Below, one piece after another: positions 1-9,508 of a stretch of 64,000 nt of DNA (position 1 is the first letter of the stretch; every line of letters begins with the position of its first letter). The notes under the pieces were generated by a model. That model was not told the origin of the DNA, did no database searches, and was given only the letters and a program-made list of their open reading frames with translations. The translations under genes were made by a program, and so were the position numbers. The DNA is from a virus. The DNA lies in IMG/VR virus record IMGVR_UViG_3300050120_000210, positions 32,001 through 96,000 of that record, one strand, 5' to 3'.

Positions 1-2
1 CC

Positions 3-554
3 TTACAATCCCCAGTGGGTGTTGCAGCGAGCCTCATAGAGATCGCCCGCTCCCACTTCGATCTGTTCGCCGTTCGGGGATTTCTTGTGGGTCTTCGGCG
101 CGGGTTGAGCGCACACGGTGCAGTTGGCCTGAAGCTTCTTCACTTCGTCGGCCATAGCGATCAGTCGAGCGGTGACGTTGAACGGTTCACCCTGCCAATC
201 CATGTCTAGTCCGCTGACCACCACATCGGTGCCGGTCGCGAGCAACTGACGAACTTGTTCGACCACATCACCATGGAAATGTGGTTCTTGGAAAAACTGA
301 ACCTCGTCGATGCAGACCATATCGGCGTCGGCCGCCAGAAGATCGATTTGATCCCAACTGGTGATCGCTTTGGCTTCAGTCGCCAATTTGTCGTGCGAGA
401 CGATCTTGGTCGCAGAATAGCGATCATCCAGAGCCGGTTTAACGACCAGCACGGCTTTGCTCCACAGATTGCGAGCAACGATGATGCGCTTAAGGATTTC
501 GGTGGTCTTGCCCGCATACATGGGGCCGCAGATGACCGTCAGGTGGCCATACAT
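3..554 (-). CDS. tdk: Thymidine kinase
   Basis: GPMYAGKT P-loop, IDEVQF, GLDMD, C-terminal CxxC and YEARC zinc site; start moved to ATG 554 (MYGHL). Confidence 0.95.
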   Translation of the reverse strand: MYGHLTVICGPMYAGKTTEILKRIIVARNLWSKAVLVVKPALDDRYSATKIVSHDKLATEAKAITSWDQIDLLAADADMVCIDEVQFFQEPHFHGDVVEQVRQLLATGTDVVVSGLDMDWQGEPFNVTARLIAMADEVKKLQANCTVCAQPAPKTHKKSPNGEQIEVGAGDLYEARCNTHWGL

Positions 555-558
555 GGGG

Positions 559-732
559 TTAGGCATCCAATAGCTGGCAAAGTGCAGCACGAAGCTTCAC
601 GGCCTCTGGGCTGCCTTCAGGAGCCCTCGTAAGGGCGTCACGAAGTGCCTGTCCGGCTTCGCGCAACACGACAGCCGTCCGGCGCTCGCGTTCGAGTTCG
701 AGCAGTTGTTCGTCTATGCTCTTACGCCGCAT
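559..732 (-). CDS. Small hypothetical protein, 57 aa (MRRKSIDEQLLELERE...), not in ORF track
   Basis: Open frame read by hand; fills the gap between co-oriented genes. Confidence 0.6.
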   Translation of the reverse strand: MRRKSIDEQLLELERERRTAVVLREAGQALRDALTRAPEGSPEAVKLRAALCQLLDA

Positions 733-1330
733 CACGTTCGCTCCGAACGATGGCGTCGAACACGTTGTGCCAGCTTTTCACCCGACGAAGATCGGCGGGA
801 AAATCAGGCAGATTGATCGTGGTCAGATCGTTGTAGGGACGTTCGAGCAGGAACGCCTTGTGGCCAAGCGCCGCCCCTGCGAATGCATGACCCGCGTTGT
901 CTTCGACCCACCATGTGGGTTGGAACTTGCTCAGATAGTCCACCTTGGGCTTCAGGAGCCCCGTGCAGTGGACATCGAGCCACGGGATGCCAAAGGCTTC
1001 CTCTAGGTTCTTACGGCGACAGGCGGTCACTTCCGGGCCATCCACGCATGACGAGATCGCCACGAACTGGTGACCCATCTTGTGCAGGACCGGGATCACA
1101 GCGAGAGCGTCTTCTTCGGGCGGAATGGTTCCGAAGAACTCGGGGTTGGTCGAAAACTCGATCACGAGTTCATCGACATGATCGCGATGGCAACCAATCG
1201 CATCCTGAATAGAGCCACCGTCACGAATGGATTGCGTGAGAGTGTAACCCTTCTCTTCGACAGCCCACTTCTGGAACGCATCAGCGAACTTCAGAATGGT
1301 GTCGTCAATGTCGGTCAGAATGATTGCCAC
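722..1330 (-). CDS. HAD-superfamily 5'(3')-deoxyribonucleotidase-like protein
   Basis: N-terminal DIDDT HAD motif I, VEDN motif IV. Confidence 0.8.
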   Translation of the reverse strand: MAIILTDIDDTILKFADAFQKWAVEEKGYTLTQSIRDGGSIQDAIGCHRDHVDELVIEFSTNPEFFGTIPPEEDALAVIPVLHKMGHQFVAISSCVDGPEVTACRRKNLEEAFGIPWLDVHCTGLLKPKVDYLSKFQPTWWVEDNAGHAFAGAALGHKAFLLERPYNDLTTINLPDFPADLRRVKSWHNVFDAIVRSERDAA

Positions 1331-1359
1331 GAATATCTTCCACGTTTGAAAATGGGTAG

Positions 1360-1387
1360 AAAGGGCGGCCCGAATAGACCGCCCTCA
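1360..1387 (-). terminator. Rho-independent terminator-like hairpin
   Basis: GAGGGCGG...CCGCCCT stem followed by short T tract on minus strand, just after stop at 1390. Confidence 0.55.
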
Positions 1388-1389
1388 CA

Positions 1390-1833
1390 TCACGCTGCGC
1401 TGTAGACGCCGTCCGAGATGTTCTTATCGACGACCTTCTGCGCGAGGCGCGACAGCCAGATGTCCATGGCTTCGGCGACTTGAGGCCGGTATTTTTCCAT
1501 GTAGTGCTGGACGACTTCTTGGTCAGAGGCGCCCGCGAAACCGTTCTTCACGCAGACACCCTTCATCACGTCGATGATGACGTTGGCGTTGATCTGATGC
1601 GTGGTGTTCACGCGATCCACGACACCAGCCTTTTCGAAGCTGGCCATGTTGCCAGTGACATCGGCCCAGCCCTTGACGGCGGTGTTGACGCCCTTCGCCG
1701 GGCGGCGGGTCATCTCGATGACGAGGAACGGACGGTTCCGCAGATACCGTTCAGTGCGAGGGATTTGGACCGCGTCGGCGGGTGCATTCGGATCGGCGGC
1801 AACTTTAGATTTCGTGGTCAAAATAATCTCCAA
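1390..1833 (-). CDS. Hypothetical protein
   Basis: Long ORF tiling with neighbours. Confidence 0.7.
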   Translation of the reverse strand: MEIILTTKSKVAADPNAPADAVQIPRTERYLRNRPFLVIEMTRRPAKGVNTAVKGWADVTGNMASFEKAGVVDRVNTTHQINANVIIDVMKGVCVKNGFAGASDQEVVQHYMEKYRPQVAEAMDIWLSRLAQKVVDKNISDGVYSAA

Positions 1834-1839
1834 AAATAA

Positions 1840-2025
1840 TCAAGCAGTCAGATTAGGGAAGCCATACGGCCTAGTGAGCCGATCTTCTTTCTCTCTGGCG
1901 AACCTCTTACAAATAGCAGTGATCTCGTCTTTGGCGGTAATTCTTTCGACTCTATAGTCCGTGTATCGAACCGTCACTGAGCCGTCGTCATGGTGGTCAA
2001 TATAGTGCACCGGGACTGGACGCAT
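1840..2025 (-). CDS. Small hypothetical protein
   Basis: ORF abuts clamp loader stop. Confidence 0.5.
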   Translation of the reverse strand: MRPVPVHYIDHHDDGSVTVRYTDYRVERITAKDEITAICKRFAREKEDRLTRPYGFPNLTA

Positions 2026-2970
2026 TTACTTGCCCTGTGCAACGTGCGTGAGTTCCACGAGGCAGGCGGCGAGGTTTATCTCGGCGTCGGCGACATGGGC
2101 ATGGTTCACCAAGGCCCGGCGAATCACGAGCAGGGCCTCGTCTTGTTGGTCTTCACCTGCACCCCAGAGATCGAGGTTGCGATAGAAGTAGCGGAAGATG
2201 TCGGGATATTCTTCCAACTGAGCCTGCGAGACGATCAGTTTCCGAGCCTCGGTGAAACGTCGGGCCTTGAACAGCGCCGCCATCTCCAAGAGATAGTCCT
2301 TGCCATCGGTTTGCTCTTCAGCCGAAGGCGGGGCCGCCAGCTTGCCAGCTTGAGTGTGTTGCTGAAGCAGACCGATGCACTTGCGAAGATCGGGATAGGT
2401 GATCGACACATAGCCGAGCAAATCTTCGATCTCGAAGCTCACGTTCTCTCGTGTCAGGATTTCCCCAGCACGCGCCGTATATTCGTCCCGGTCGAGAGCC
2501 GAGAACTTCATTTCCTGCACGCGCGAATGGATCGCCGGAGCGATGCGGTTCGGGTGGTTGCAAGTCAGGATGAAGCGGCAGCTTGCCTCGAATTTCTCCA
2601 TCTCACCACGCAGGAAGCGTTGCGAAAGGGGGCTGAGACTGTCGGCTTCGTCGAGAAGGACGTATTTGAAACCTGTGTCGTTCAGCGCATAGGTCGAGGC
2701 GAAATTGACGATCTGGGCTTGGACTTCGTCGATCTTCCGCGCCCGGCTCGCATTGATTTCGAGAATGTCACCCTTCGGGATGCCCAGCATTCGAAGCAGG
2801 AGTTTGGCGAGCGAAGTTTTGCCGGTGCCGGGCTTCCCAGACAGCAAGATGTGCGGAAGGGCGCCATCGGCAACCCACTCCGCAACCTTCTTACGTTGGG
2901 TGTCGTCCTGCCAGACGTATTCGTCCGGGCTGATCGGCCGATAGACTTCGACCCACAACTTCACGCTCAT
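2026..2970 (-). CDS. Clamp loader AAA+ subunit (RFC small subunit / T4 gp44-like)
   Basis: WVEVYRP RFC box II, GKPGTGKT, LEINAS, LDEAD, FILTCN, PDLRK. Confidence 0.93.
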   Translation of the reverse strand: MSVKLWVEVYRPISPDEYVWQDDTQRKKVAEWVADGALPHILLSGKPGTGKTSLAKLLLRMLGIPKGDILEINASRARKIDEVQAQIVNFASTYALNDTGFKYVLLDEADSLSPLSQRFLRGEMEKFEASCRFILTCNHPNRIAPAIHSRVQEMKFSALDRDEYTARAGEILTRENVSFEIEDLLGYVSITYPDLRKCIGLLQQHTQAGKLAAPPSAEEQTDGKDYLLEMAALFKARRFTEARKLIVSQAQLEEYPDIFRYFYRNLDLWGAGEDQQDEALLVIRRALVNHAHVADAEINLAACLVELTHVAQGK

Positions 2971-3014
2971 CAAAATCTCGCAATCGAATATGGTTTACCA
3001 AATATGGTTAAGGC

Positions 3015-3413
3015 TTACCACCGCTTGGGCGCGACGCTAATTTCTTTTTTCGCATCGGGTGCGATTTCCGAGTCCGGCTTCTCGTCACTCACGACCAGAG
3101 CCGCCTCGGGATAGTCGATCCGCCAGACATCGACTTCGCCGTCTGCGAGTTCGATGGTGATGCGATTGGTCCACCGGCCGTGTTCGACCAGCACCCATTC
3201 ACCGACGCTGATGTCCTCGACATCGGCTCCGACAGCCCAAACCTTCGCCCAGCGGGCACGAATGCCACGGTTGGTCATGTTGTCGTCGAGAACAATGAGA
3301 CCACCCTTGGTGACTCGGTCGCCACGGTCGATTTCAGTGACGAAGACCTTGCCCTTATAGGGCTTGAAGGCACTAGCCTTGATACGAGTAGCAGACGTAG
3401 AGTAATTGGACAT
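3015..3413 (-). CDS. groES: GroES-like co-chaperonin
   Basis: KP...V, TKGGLIV mobile loop, VWAVG, VGEWVL. Confidence 0.8.
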   Translation of the reverse strand: MSNYSTSATRIKASAFKPYKGKVFVTEIDRGDRVTKGGLIVLDDNMTNRGIRARWAKVWAVGADVEDISVGEWVLVEHGRWTNRITIELADGEVDVWRIDYPEAALVVSDEKPDSEIAPDAKKEISVAPKRW

Positions 3414-3473
3414 GAAATACCTTCAGAAACAATATACTCAAAATACTGTCTGAGGCTGTCAGAAGTCAAAATG

Positions 3474-3500
3474 AAAAAGGCTGACCCGAAGGCCAGCCTT
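3474..3500 (-). terminator. Rho-independent terminator
   Basis: AAGGCTG/CAGCCTT stem with T tract on minus strand. Confidence 0.7.
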
Positions 3501-3525
3501 AAACTTGTTTCTCTCGTGAGAAATC

Positions 3526-3888
3526 TTACTTCTTGGGGAACATCGCGGCTGCGGCGGCGGCGGCAGCTTCTTGAGCCGTCTCCACTTTCGCGGCCTTCTT
3601 CGTGGCGGCATCAGCTTCAGCGGCGATGACAGCAGTCTTGACATCGTCTTCGCCAGCTTTGGCGGCGCCGAAGTCCTTCATAGCTTCCATCAACGCTTCT
3701 GCGGCGTTGTGATCCTTCGTGAAGACCATGATCGCGCCTGCGAGGGCGCCACCGACCGAAACGATCAGCGCGGCTTGATTGGGGTCGAGAGACATGCCCG
3801 TAGAGGCGAGCAAGGTGACGGCACCCACCCAAGTGGAACGCTCAGCGAGACGGGCGAGAACCCAATCTAGAATAACAGAGAAGTCCAT
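3526..3888 (-). CDS. Membrane protein, holin-like
   Basis: RLAERSTWVG followed by two hydrophobic helices and a charged Ala-rich tail. Confidence 0.55.
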   Translation of the reverse strand: MDFSVILDWVLARLAERSTWVGAVTLLASTGMSLDPNQAALIVSVGGALAGAIMVFTKDHNAAEALMEAMKDFGAAKAGEDDVKTAVIAAEADAATKKAAKVETAQEAAAAAAAAMFPKK

Positions 3889-3900
3889 TGTGTGTTGTCC

Positions 3901-4251
3901 TTAGTTGTCCCGATCCTCGATTTTTCTTTTCCGGGGCGGGGTCGGGGCCGCTTCGGACTGTTTGGCCTCCGGGGCAGCGTCAAGCTTCGGGAGATGCTTC
4001 GCCGCTGCTTCCGCAGGGCTAACAAACACTTCACTCGAAATGTCTCGTAGGGCGACTTGCTTCACAGCCTTGGGGTTCGAAGCATAGTATTCCTGTGCAA
4101 CTTGCTCGCGACGCTTAACGATTTCGCCACGGGCGCCAAGAATGTCTCCGCGCGCGTTCATCGAAGCGTTTCCAAGCGCAATTGCTTTTTCATTCTTCGA
4201 GATCAACTGGCTCATGTCGAGCGTGTGACCGCGCATTGTTCTAACCTTCAT
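3901..4251 (-). CDS. Conserved phage hypothetical protein (GN..MNARGD motif), late gene
   Basis: ORF; TAAATA box upstream at 4283-4288. Confidence 0.65.
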   Translation of the reverse strand: MKVRTMRGHTLDMSQLISKNEKAIALGNASMNARGDILGARGEIVKRREQVAQEYYASNPKAVKQVALRDISSEVFVSPAEAAAKHLPKLDAAPEAKQSEAAPTPPRKRKIEDRDN

Positions 4252-4308
4252 GTAATTCACTCCAATGACATGTGTATGCTGTTATTTATCTTGGCTCCCG
4301 GCATTTCG

Positions 4309-4337
4309 TTGACGAGATCGGAAAAATTGGCTAGAGG
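4309..4337 (+). promoter_or_regulatory. Sigma70-type early promoter
   Basis: TTGACG-17nt-TAGAGG directly before ATG 4343. Confidence 0.55.
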
Positions 4338-4342
4338 GCGTC

Positions 4343-4627
4343 ATGGTTGCGAGTCTCGAAGACAATCGGCGGAAGACCCTGTCGGCGCTCGCCCGGACCT
4401 TGGGAAGACGCCCGTTTTCTGTCATCATTCCGATACTGCCCACCGTCGAGCTTCGTTACGCGAAGGAGCAAGAATGCGAACAGTTCATTGCTGATTCGTG
4501 CAAGCACGGGCTCTGGGCGTTCACGCTGTGGGATTCCGATGAGGATCGGATCAACCAGACCATCAGGATCACTTACTATTTCGAAGATGAACGCGACGCG
4601 ATCCACTTCAAGATGCGGTTTTCATGA
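4343..4627 (+). CDS. Small protein, 'F.DE.DA..FK..F' C-terminal family
   Basis: Ends YYFEDERDAIHFKMRFS. Confidence 0.75.
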   Translation: MVASLEDNRRKTLSALARTLGRRPFSVIIPILPTVELRYAKEQECEQFIADSCKHGLWAFTLWDSDEDRINQTIRITYYFEDERDAIHFKMRFS

Positions 4628-4851
4628 GTTGGCTAGTGAAACGCGAGGGGCAGCGAGTTCGCCCCGTAGATTTCAACAACGTGCCGCACACGCTCGTCGA
4701 AATCAGCCACGGCCGCAGTATGGATGCCGAAAACCAGTGGCTAGCTGAAAACACCACTAAAATGTGGGCGAGGACGCGCTTCGAGCATCATGTGATCTAC
4801 ATGTTCGAGAACGACACAGAGGCCCTGCATTTCAAGATGCGGTTCGGTTAA
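4624..4851 (+). CDS. Small protein, 'F.DE.DA..FK..F' C-terminal family
   Basis: Ends YMFENDTEALHFKMRFG; ATGA overlap with previous gene. Confidence 0.75.
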   Translation: MSWLVKREGQRVRPVDFNNVPHTLVEISHGRSMDAENQWLAENTTKMWARTRFEHHVIYMFENDTEALHFKMRFG

Positions 4852-5174
4852 GGGAACGCCATCTTCAGCATGTAGAGAGCGTGTTCATCAATGATGCAGT
4901 GATGGGAAACGCAAAGAGAGAAGAAATCTTGGTCGCGCTTGTCGTTTACCCAATAAGGCAGCCTGACGCCCATACGTCGAACTTGAAAGAACAATTCCCC
5001 GTCAAATACGTCTTTGCCAACCCCAAATCGGTCGGGGATTACACTTGTGCGTCGTCCTCGGTGAGGTTTTGTCCACGCGACAGCGAGGGCCAATTTCGCA
5101 TTACGCGATTTGGATTCGTAAATCTCTGACAGTTCGCCGATGAGGAACTGTCCGTCGTTGAATACGTCAATCAT
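4848..5174 (-). CDS. Hypothetical protein
   Basis: ATGA-coupled ORF; C-terminus DEHALYMLKMAFP weakly resembles the paralog families. Confidence 0.55.
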   Translation of the reverse strand: MIDVFNDGQFLIGELSEIYESKSRNAKLALAVAWTKPHRGRRTSVIPDRFGVGKDVFDGELFFQVRRMGVRLPYWVNDKRDQDFFSLCVSHHCIIDEHALYMLKMAFP

Positions 5175-5698
5175 TTCAGGAAATCGTGCACGTCCAAGCC
5201 GTAACGGATTGGATCGATTTTATGGACGCCGATCAGGAAAAGCACGTAGCTCGCGACGCTTGATCCCCGACCAACTCCCCAGACGATCTTGTTCGCTCGG
5301 AAATGATCCACGAGGAACATCATCAGTTGGAGAAGCGGCACAAGGCCGCGTTCCTCGAACAAGTTCATCTCGACATTCACTCGATCACGGCAAACGTCGT
5401 CCTTGCACATTTCTTCCAAGAGGAAACGGCGAACGTCGATGCGTTGAATGTCATCCGAGATGAACCACGTCGCGGCCCGATGCGCGTGTTCTTCTTCGGG
5501 AGTGCGTTCCATAGGACCGGGCGACTGGACAAGATATTCCGTCTTGTCGAACTCGCTGCACCACCGATTATACTCGTCAACCAGCGGGCCGCCTTCGATG
5601 AGCAGTGTCGAAATGTCGATGCCTTTCAGCACCAAATCGGAGACAATGTCCGGCTGCACGACGGTGCGGCCCCAAGCGTCAACGGTCCTAGCGATCAT
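5171..5698 (-). CDS. Short DNA polymerase III alpha (DnaE)-like fragment
   Basis: WGVGRGSSVASYVLFLIGVHKIDPIRYGL matches the DnaE GRGS block; only 175 aa. Confidence 0.8.
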   Translation of the reverse strand: MIARTVDAWGRTVVQPDIVSDLVLKGIDISTLLIEGGPLVDEYNRWCSEFDKTEYLVQSPGPMERTPEEEHAHRAATWFISDDIQRIDVRRFLLEEMCKDDVCRDRVNVEMNLFEERGLVPLLQLMMFLVDHFRANKIVWGVGRGSSVASYVLFLIGVHKIDPIRYGLDVHDFLK

Positions 5699-5713
5699 GG
5701 GTGGTTTCCGAGA

Positions 5714-6424
5714 TTAGTCGTCTTCACCCTTACTCTTACCACCATCAATGACCGTTGGCCTAAATTCTGGTCGAACAATTTTGCCGCTGGTCTCAGTCGT
5801 CTTCTTTGGCTTGTCCAAGAAGTCGAAATTGAACGCCCATGCAGGTTTCACCGTCAGGTCCGCGTCCTCCGGCGGCAGCACGTCGAGCGTGGAGCCGTCA
5901 TCGCGATCCCACCACGGCTTGTCGAAATAGGTCCGTTCACCAACCCAGTCGGCGATCCTCGGTAGAACGGCGCTGGAATCACCCACGAAGGTGAACTGAA
6001 GTCCAAGCGAATTGTCGGACTTCACCTTCACGGGGCCGAAAGCCATGGCGGCGCCAGCGAGCGCCTGAAGTTTTGCTTGGAAAATGGCAGCCAAGTGCTG
6101 GTCGTCCGGCTCTTCCGGCGTCACCACGAGGACATTACCCACACGGGTGTGACCCACTTCTTCGTCGATGAACATCTGAATGGCAGCGGAGTTCTCATGA
6201 GAGAACACGATGCTCTTGCTGATGACGTTGTCCAACCACCAGCGCATCTTGTTGAAGGCTCGCTCGATGTGGTTTTCTTCGGCGGTGTCCATCGGAATGA
6301 ACTCCATCTCGAACTTGAGCGTGCTTGGCACGAGGATGTTTTCGATTACTCGAACAATTTTGATCTCAAAGACAAAGTGGGTGTAGATTTCGGGGGAGAA
6401 ATCGTCGTCATCATCGTCTTCCAT
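5714..6424 (-). CDS. Hypothetical protein
   Basis: Long coupled ORF. Confidence 0.7.
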   Translation of the reverse strand: MEDDDDDDFSPEIYTHFVFEIKIVRVIENILVPSTLKFEMEFIPMDTAEENHIERAFNKMRWWLDNVISKSIVFSHENSAAIQMFIDEEVGHTRVGNVLVVTPEEPDDQHLAAIFQAKLQALAGAAMAFGPVKVKSDNSLGLQFTFVGDSSAVLPRIADWVGERTYFDKPWWDRDDGSTLDVLPPEDADLTVKPAWAFNFDFLDKPKKTTETSGKIVRPEFRPTVIDGGKSKGEDD

Positions 6425-6837
6425 CACTTGTCCTTATCGTCTTCATCCGGCCTGTCGTGCTGCGGGAAGTGCGGTTGCTGTTGTGGGGGAGTTGAGGTTT
6501 TGGTGAGCGTAAGGCGCTCGCGGCCGATCTTCCGACGATTGACCATGCGCTCGTCTTTTTCGTCATCGACTTTCTTGCGACGATGTTCCTGTGCGAGATC
6601 GGGTTCGGTTTCGATGATCTCGGGGAACATCTTCTGGCGCTCTTGGAACATCATTTTCAGCACACGATCTCGGCGTTCGGCTTCGATAGCTCCGATCATC
6701 GCGTAGAGTTGGCCCGACATATCGCCAGACATGCTGAAACGAGCGGCCCAACCAAGGCGCCTCGAAAGCTCTCCTTGGCGGTTGAGCAACTCATCGTCGC
6801 TCATCGCAGACGGGTTGAAACCGGGAATATCGAACAT
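6424..6837 (-). CDS. Hypothetical protein
   Basis: ORF; TAAATA box at 6892-6897. Confidence 0.65.
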   Translation of the reverse strand: MFDIPGFNPSAMSDDELLNRQGELSRRLGWAARFSMSGDMSGQLYAMIGAIEAERRDRVLKMMFQERQKMFPEIIETEPDLAQEHRRKKVDDEKDERMVNRRKIGRERLTLTKTSTPPQQQPHFPQHDRPDEDDKDK

Positions 6838-6908
6838 GCTTGTGTATACCAACTTCAGACCGAGGAACCAATATTCCTACGAGCGTCTAAGTATTTATGT
6901 GAGGCGTT

Positions 6909-7138
6909 TTAGGACTTTGGGCGTTTCGGTAGAGGTTTCACGAAAGCTGGATTGGTCACGCGGTAGTGAGTTCCACAGCAAGAGCAGTAGAAATCGAAGT
7001 ATCGAAAAATCATTCCAGTCATGTGAATGTCAGACACATTGCCGCATTCGCAGCTAAACCGCATTGGCCCCAAGGCCATATTGGTCTGTTGTGTTGGAAC
7101 TGCTTTTGGCTTGCGGCCGGGAAAGTCGATGATCTCCA
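6909..7138 (-). CDS. Small zinc-ribbon protein
   Basis: CECG and CSCCG motifs; TAAATA at 7185-7190. Confidence 0.55.
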
Positions 7139-7225
7139 TAACGCATACGCTTAGTGGTTTACCCACATCTCACTATTGTGAAAATATTTAGATCGCGACG
7201 GAGAGGAGATAAGTGCCACGAGAGA

Positions 7226-8368
7226 TCAATTCGTCTTGGTTAAAGATGCAGTAAAATCACTGACATAGGCGTTACTGTCGGTGTTATTGAAGACAGTGAT
7301 GTGGTGACCAACCGTCACGCCGGACGTTCCGTAGCCTCCGAAGACAAAAAACACGGTGTCTCCGTTGTTCACGGTAACTGTCGTGGAGGTGTTCCCCGTG
7401 AGCATCGCCCCGGCCACAGAGCCATTCACATAGACTTGGAACTGCTCTCCGGTGTCCATGGCGGTGCCGGAGGTGATAAGCAAGGTGATCGGCTGGTTCA
7501 CACCGTTGACGGTCTGTGTGGTGCTCGTAGCGGCAATCGACGTGCCGGGCAGCGTGGTATCGTCCGTGGGTCCACTGGCGCCGAAACTGCTCCAAGCCAT
7601 TGGACCCAATGTCACATCCGGCGTGATCGCAGAGAATTGTCCGCCGAAGAAGTCTGAGAAGTTGATTGTTCCAGAGGTTGGGATACGAGAGTTCGTCGGC
7701 GTATCCGCGACGTAGCTGCCACCGCGATAGTAATTTTTCAACTTGATGGGCGTCGGGCCACCGAACTCAGTCTGAAGGTCTTTGAGGTGGATTTCGGCGA
7801 AAAACTTGAAGCTGACAAGTTTGAAACTAGCGTCTGAGTTGTCAGCGGACGGATTAGAACCACCCGTGCCGAGCCCAACATCAAGTTGGCGGCGATTGAA
7901 GCGACAGCGCACCCGAACGTTCAAGGCGCTGGGGGCGACCCAATAAGGACGCAGGGTATAAGCAGTTCCGGGGTTCCAAGTGCTGGTGTCGTAGGATGAT
8001 AGATTTCCCGAACTGCTCTGGAAACCGGGGCCGGAAGTTGATCCAGTCATGCTGATCGCCGATCCGGCGGTGACGTTGATGAAGCCCGGCTTGACGAACG
8101 AATCGGCACCGGAGTCGAGCTTGATGACCACCAGTTCGAGAGTGTATCGGCGGCCTGCCGTGGTCGTCAGGAGTTGTTTGTAGCTGACGGTGGGAGAATA
8201 GGTCGCGTTGCTCTGATAACTGCCGCCAGAGAACGCACCCTCGGCGCCGTTGGTATAGTCATGCGGTGTGCCCGTGTTTGCTTCACCGGTTGCGTCCAAT
8301 GGAATTGGACCAGTCCATGAAGGAGCATCCATTGTGCCCGGAAAAAACGGCGGGAGCGTAGTAGTCAT
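7226..8368 (-). CDS. Putative virion fibre/adhesin protein
   Basis: Thr/Gly/Ser-rich beta protein; LQTEFGG...YYRGG...PTSGTINFSDFFG motif typical of phage fibre-tip proteins; TAAATA at 8374-8379. Confidence 0.6.
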   Translation of the reverse strand: MTTTLPPFFPGTMDAPSWTGPIPLDATGEANTGTPHDYTNGAEGAFSGGSYQSNATYSPTVSYKQLLTTTAGRRYTLELVVIKLDSGADSFVKPGFINVTAGSAISMTGSTSGPGFQSSSGNLSSYDTSTWNPGTAYTLRPYWVAPSALNVRVRCRFNRRQLDVGLGTGGSNPSADNSDASFKLVSFKFFAEIHLKDLQTEFGGPTPIKLKNYYRGGSYVADTPTNSRIPTSGTINFSDFFGGQFSAITPDVTLGPMAWSSFGASGPTDDTTLPGTSIAATSTTQTVNGVNQPITLLITSGTAMDTGEQFQVYVNGSVAGAMLTGNTSTTVTVNNGDTVFFVFGGYGTSGVTVGHHITVFNNTDSNAYVSDFTASLTKTN

Positions 8369-8392
8369 GCCAATATTTATGACGGCTTTTCG

Positions 8393-8421
8393 TTGACCAA
8401 AGTGAGGTCTGGTTCTATTCT
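8393..8421 (+). promoter_or_regulatory. Sigma70-type early promoter
   Basis: TTGACC-17nt-TATTCT. Confidence 0.65.
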
Positions 8422-8455
8422 ATAAATCGACCACAGCCTTGAATGGAGAAGGGCG

Positions 8456-9508
8456 ATGCAAGTTCGATCTGCCGACCGCCAAGTCCTTCTCACGAGGGAC
8501 GTATTTCGCGAAGGCGTGTTCGCCCGCGATGGCCACAAATGCGTGTTCTGCGACAAACCGGCCGTAGACGCCCATCACATCCTCGAACGACGCCTATTCG
8601 TCTCGCCCGGCGAGCAAGGCGGCTACTTCATGAACAACGGTGCGTCGGTGTGTGGCGAGCATCACATGGCCTGTGAGATGACCACCATCTCCGTAGAGGA
8701 CGTGCGAATCGCCTGCGGGATCACCAAGCCCGTGATCCCTGCCCATCTCTATTCGGACCATGTTTACGATAAATGGGGCAACGTCGTACTGCCCGATGGC
8801 CGCCGCCTGAAGGGCGAACTGTTCAACGACGCCAGCGTTCAAAAGGTGTTGGGCATGGGCGGCGTGCTCGATCTCTTCACGCATTGGGTGAAATACCCCC
8901 GGACCCATCATCTGCCTTGGTCGGAAGGTCTGACCGAAGATGACCGGATGCTCGACACGCTCGATCACTATCGCGGCAAGCGCGTGATTGTGACTGAGAA
9001 GATGGATGGTGAAAACACCACCATGTATCAGGACTACATCCACGCCCGCAGCTTGGATGGTCGAAATCATTCCTCGCGCAACTGGGTCAAGAACTATTGG
9101 GGCCAGATTTGCGGTGACATTCCCGTGGACTGGCGGCTGTGCGGCGAGAACCTCTTCGCCAAGCATTCGATCACCTACGATGCCCTGCCGACGTATTTCA
9201 TGGGTTTCTCGATGTGGAATGACCGCAACGAGTGCCTGTCGTGGGACGAAACCATCGAATGGTTCACCCTGCTCGGTGTCACGCCGGTGCCAGTGCTGTT
9301 CGACGGCATCTTCGACGAGGCAAAAATCAAGGCGTTGTTCAACGTCAAGGATTGGGAACATCGCGAGGGCTATGTCCTGCGGATCGCCGATGGGTTTACC
9401 TATGGCGAGTTCCGCACTTCGGTATCGAAGTTCGTTCGGAAAAATCATGTCCAAACTGTGAAGCATTGGATGCACGGCAAGCCTGTTGAACAGAATGGGC
9501 TAGCCTGA
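8456..9508 (+). CDS. HNH-like domain fused to ATP-dependent RNA ligase
   Basis: N-terminal RDGHKCVFC...DAHHI...N..SVC..HH; C-terminal KYPRTHHLPWS, EKMDGEN, GENL, EGYVLR, KFVR. Confidence 0.85.
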   Translation: MQVRSADRQVLLTRDVFREGVFARDGHKCVFCDKPAVDAHHILERRLFVSPGEQGGYFMNNGASVCGEHHMACEMTTISVEDVRIACGITKPVIPAHLYSDHVYDKWGNVVLPDGRRLKGELFNDASVQKVLGMGGVLDLFTHWVKYPRTHHLPWSEGLTEDDRMLDTLDHYRGKRVIVTEKMDGENTTMYQDYIHARSLDGRNHSSRNWVKNYWGQICGDIPVDWRLCGENLFAKHSITYDALPTYFMGFSMWNDRNECLSWDETIEWFTLLGVTPVPVLFDGIFDEAKIKALFNVKDWEHREGYVLRIADGFTYGEFRTSVSKFVRKNHVQTVKHWMHGKPVEQNGLA

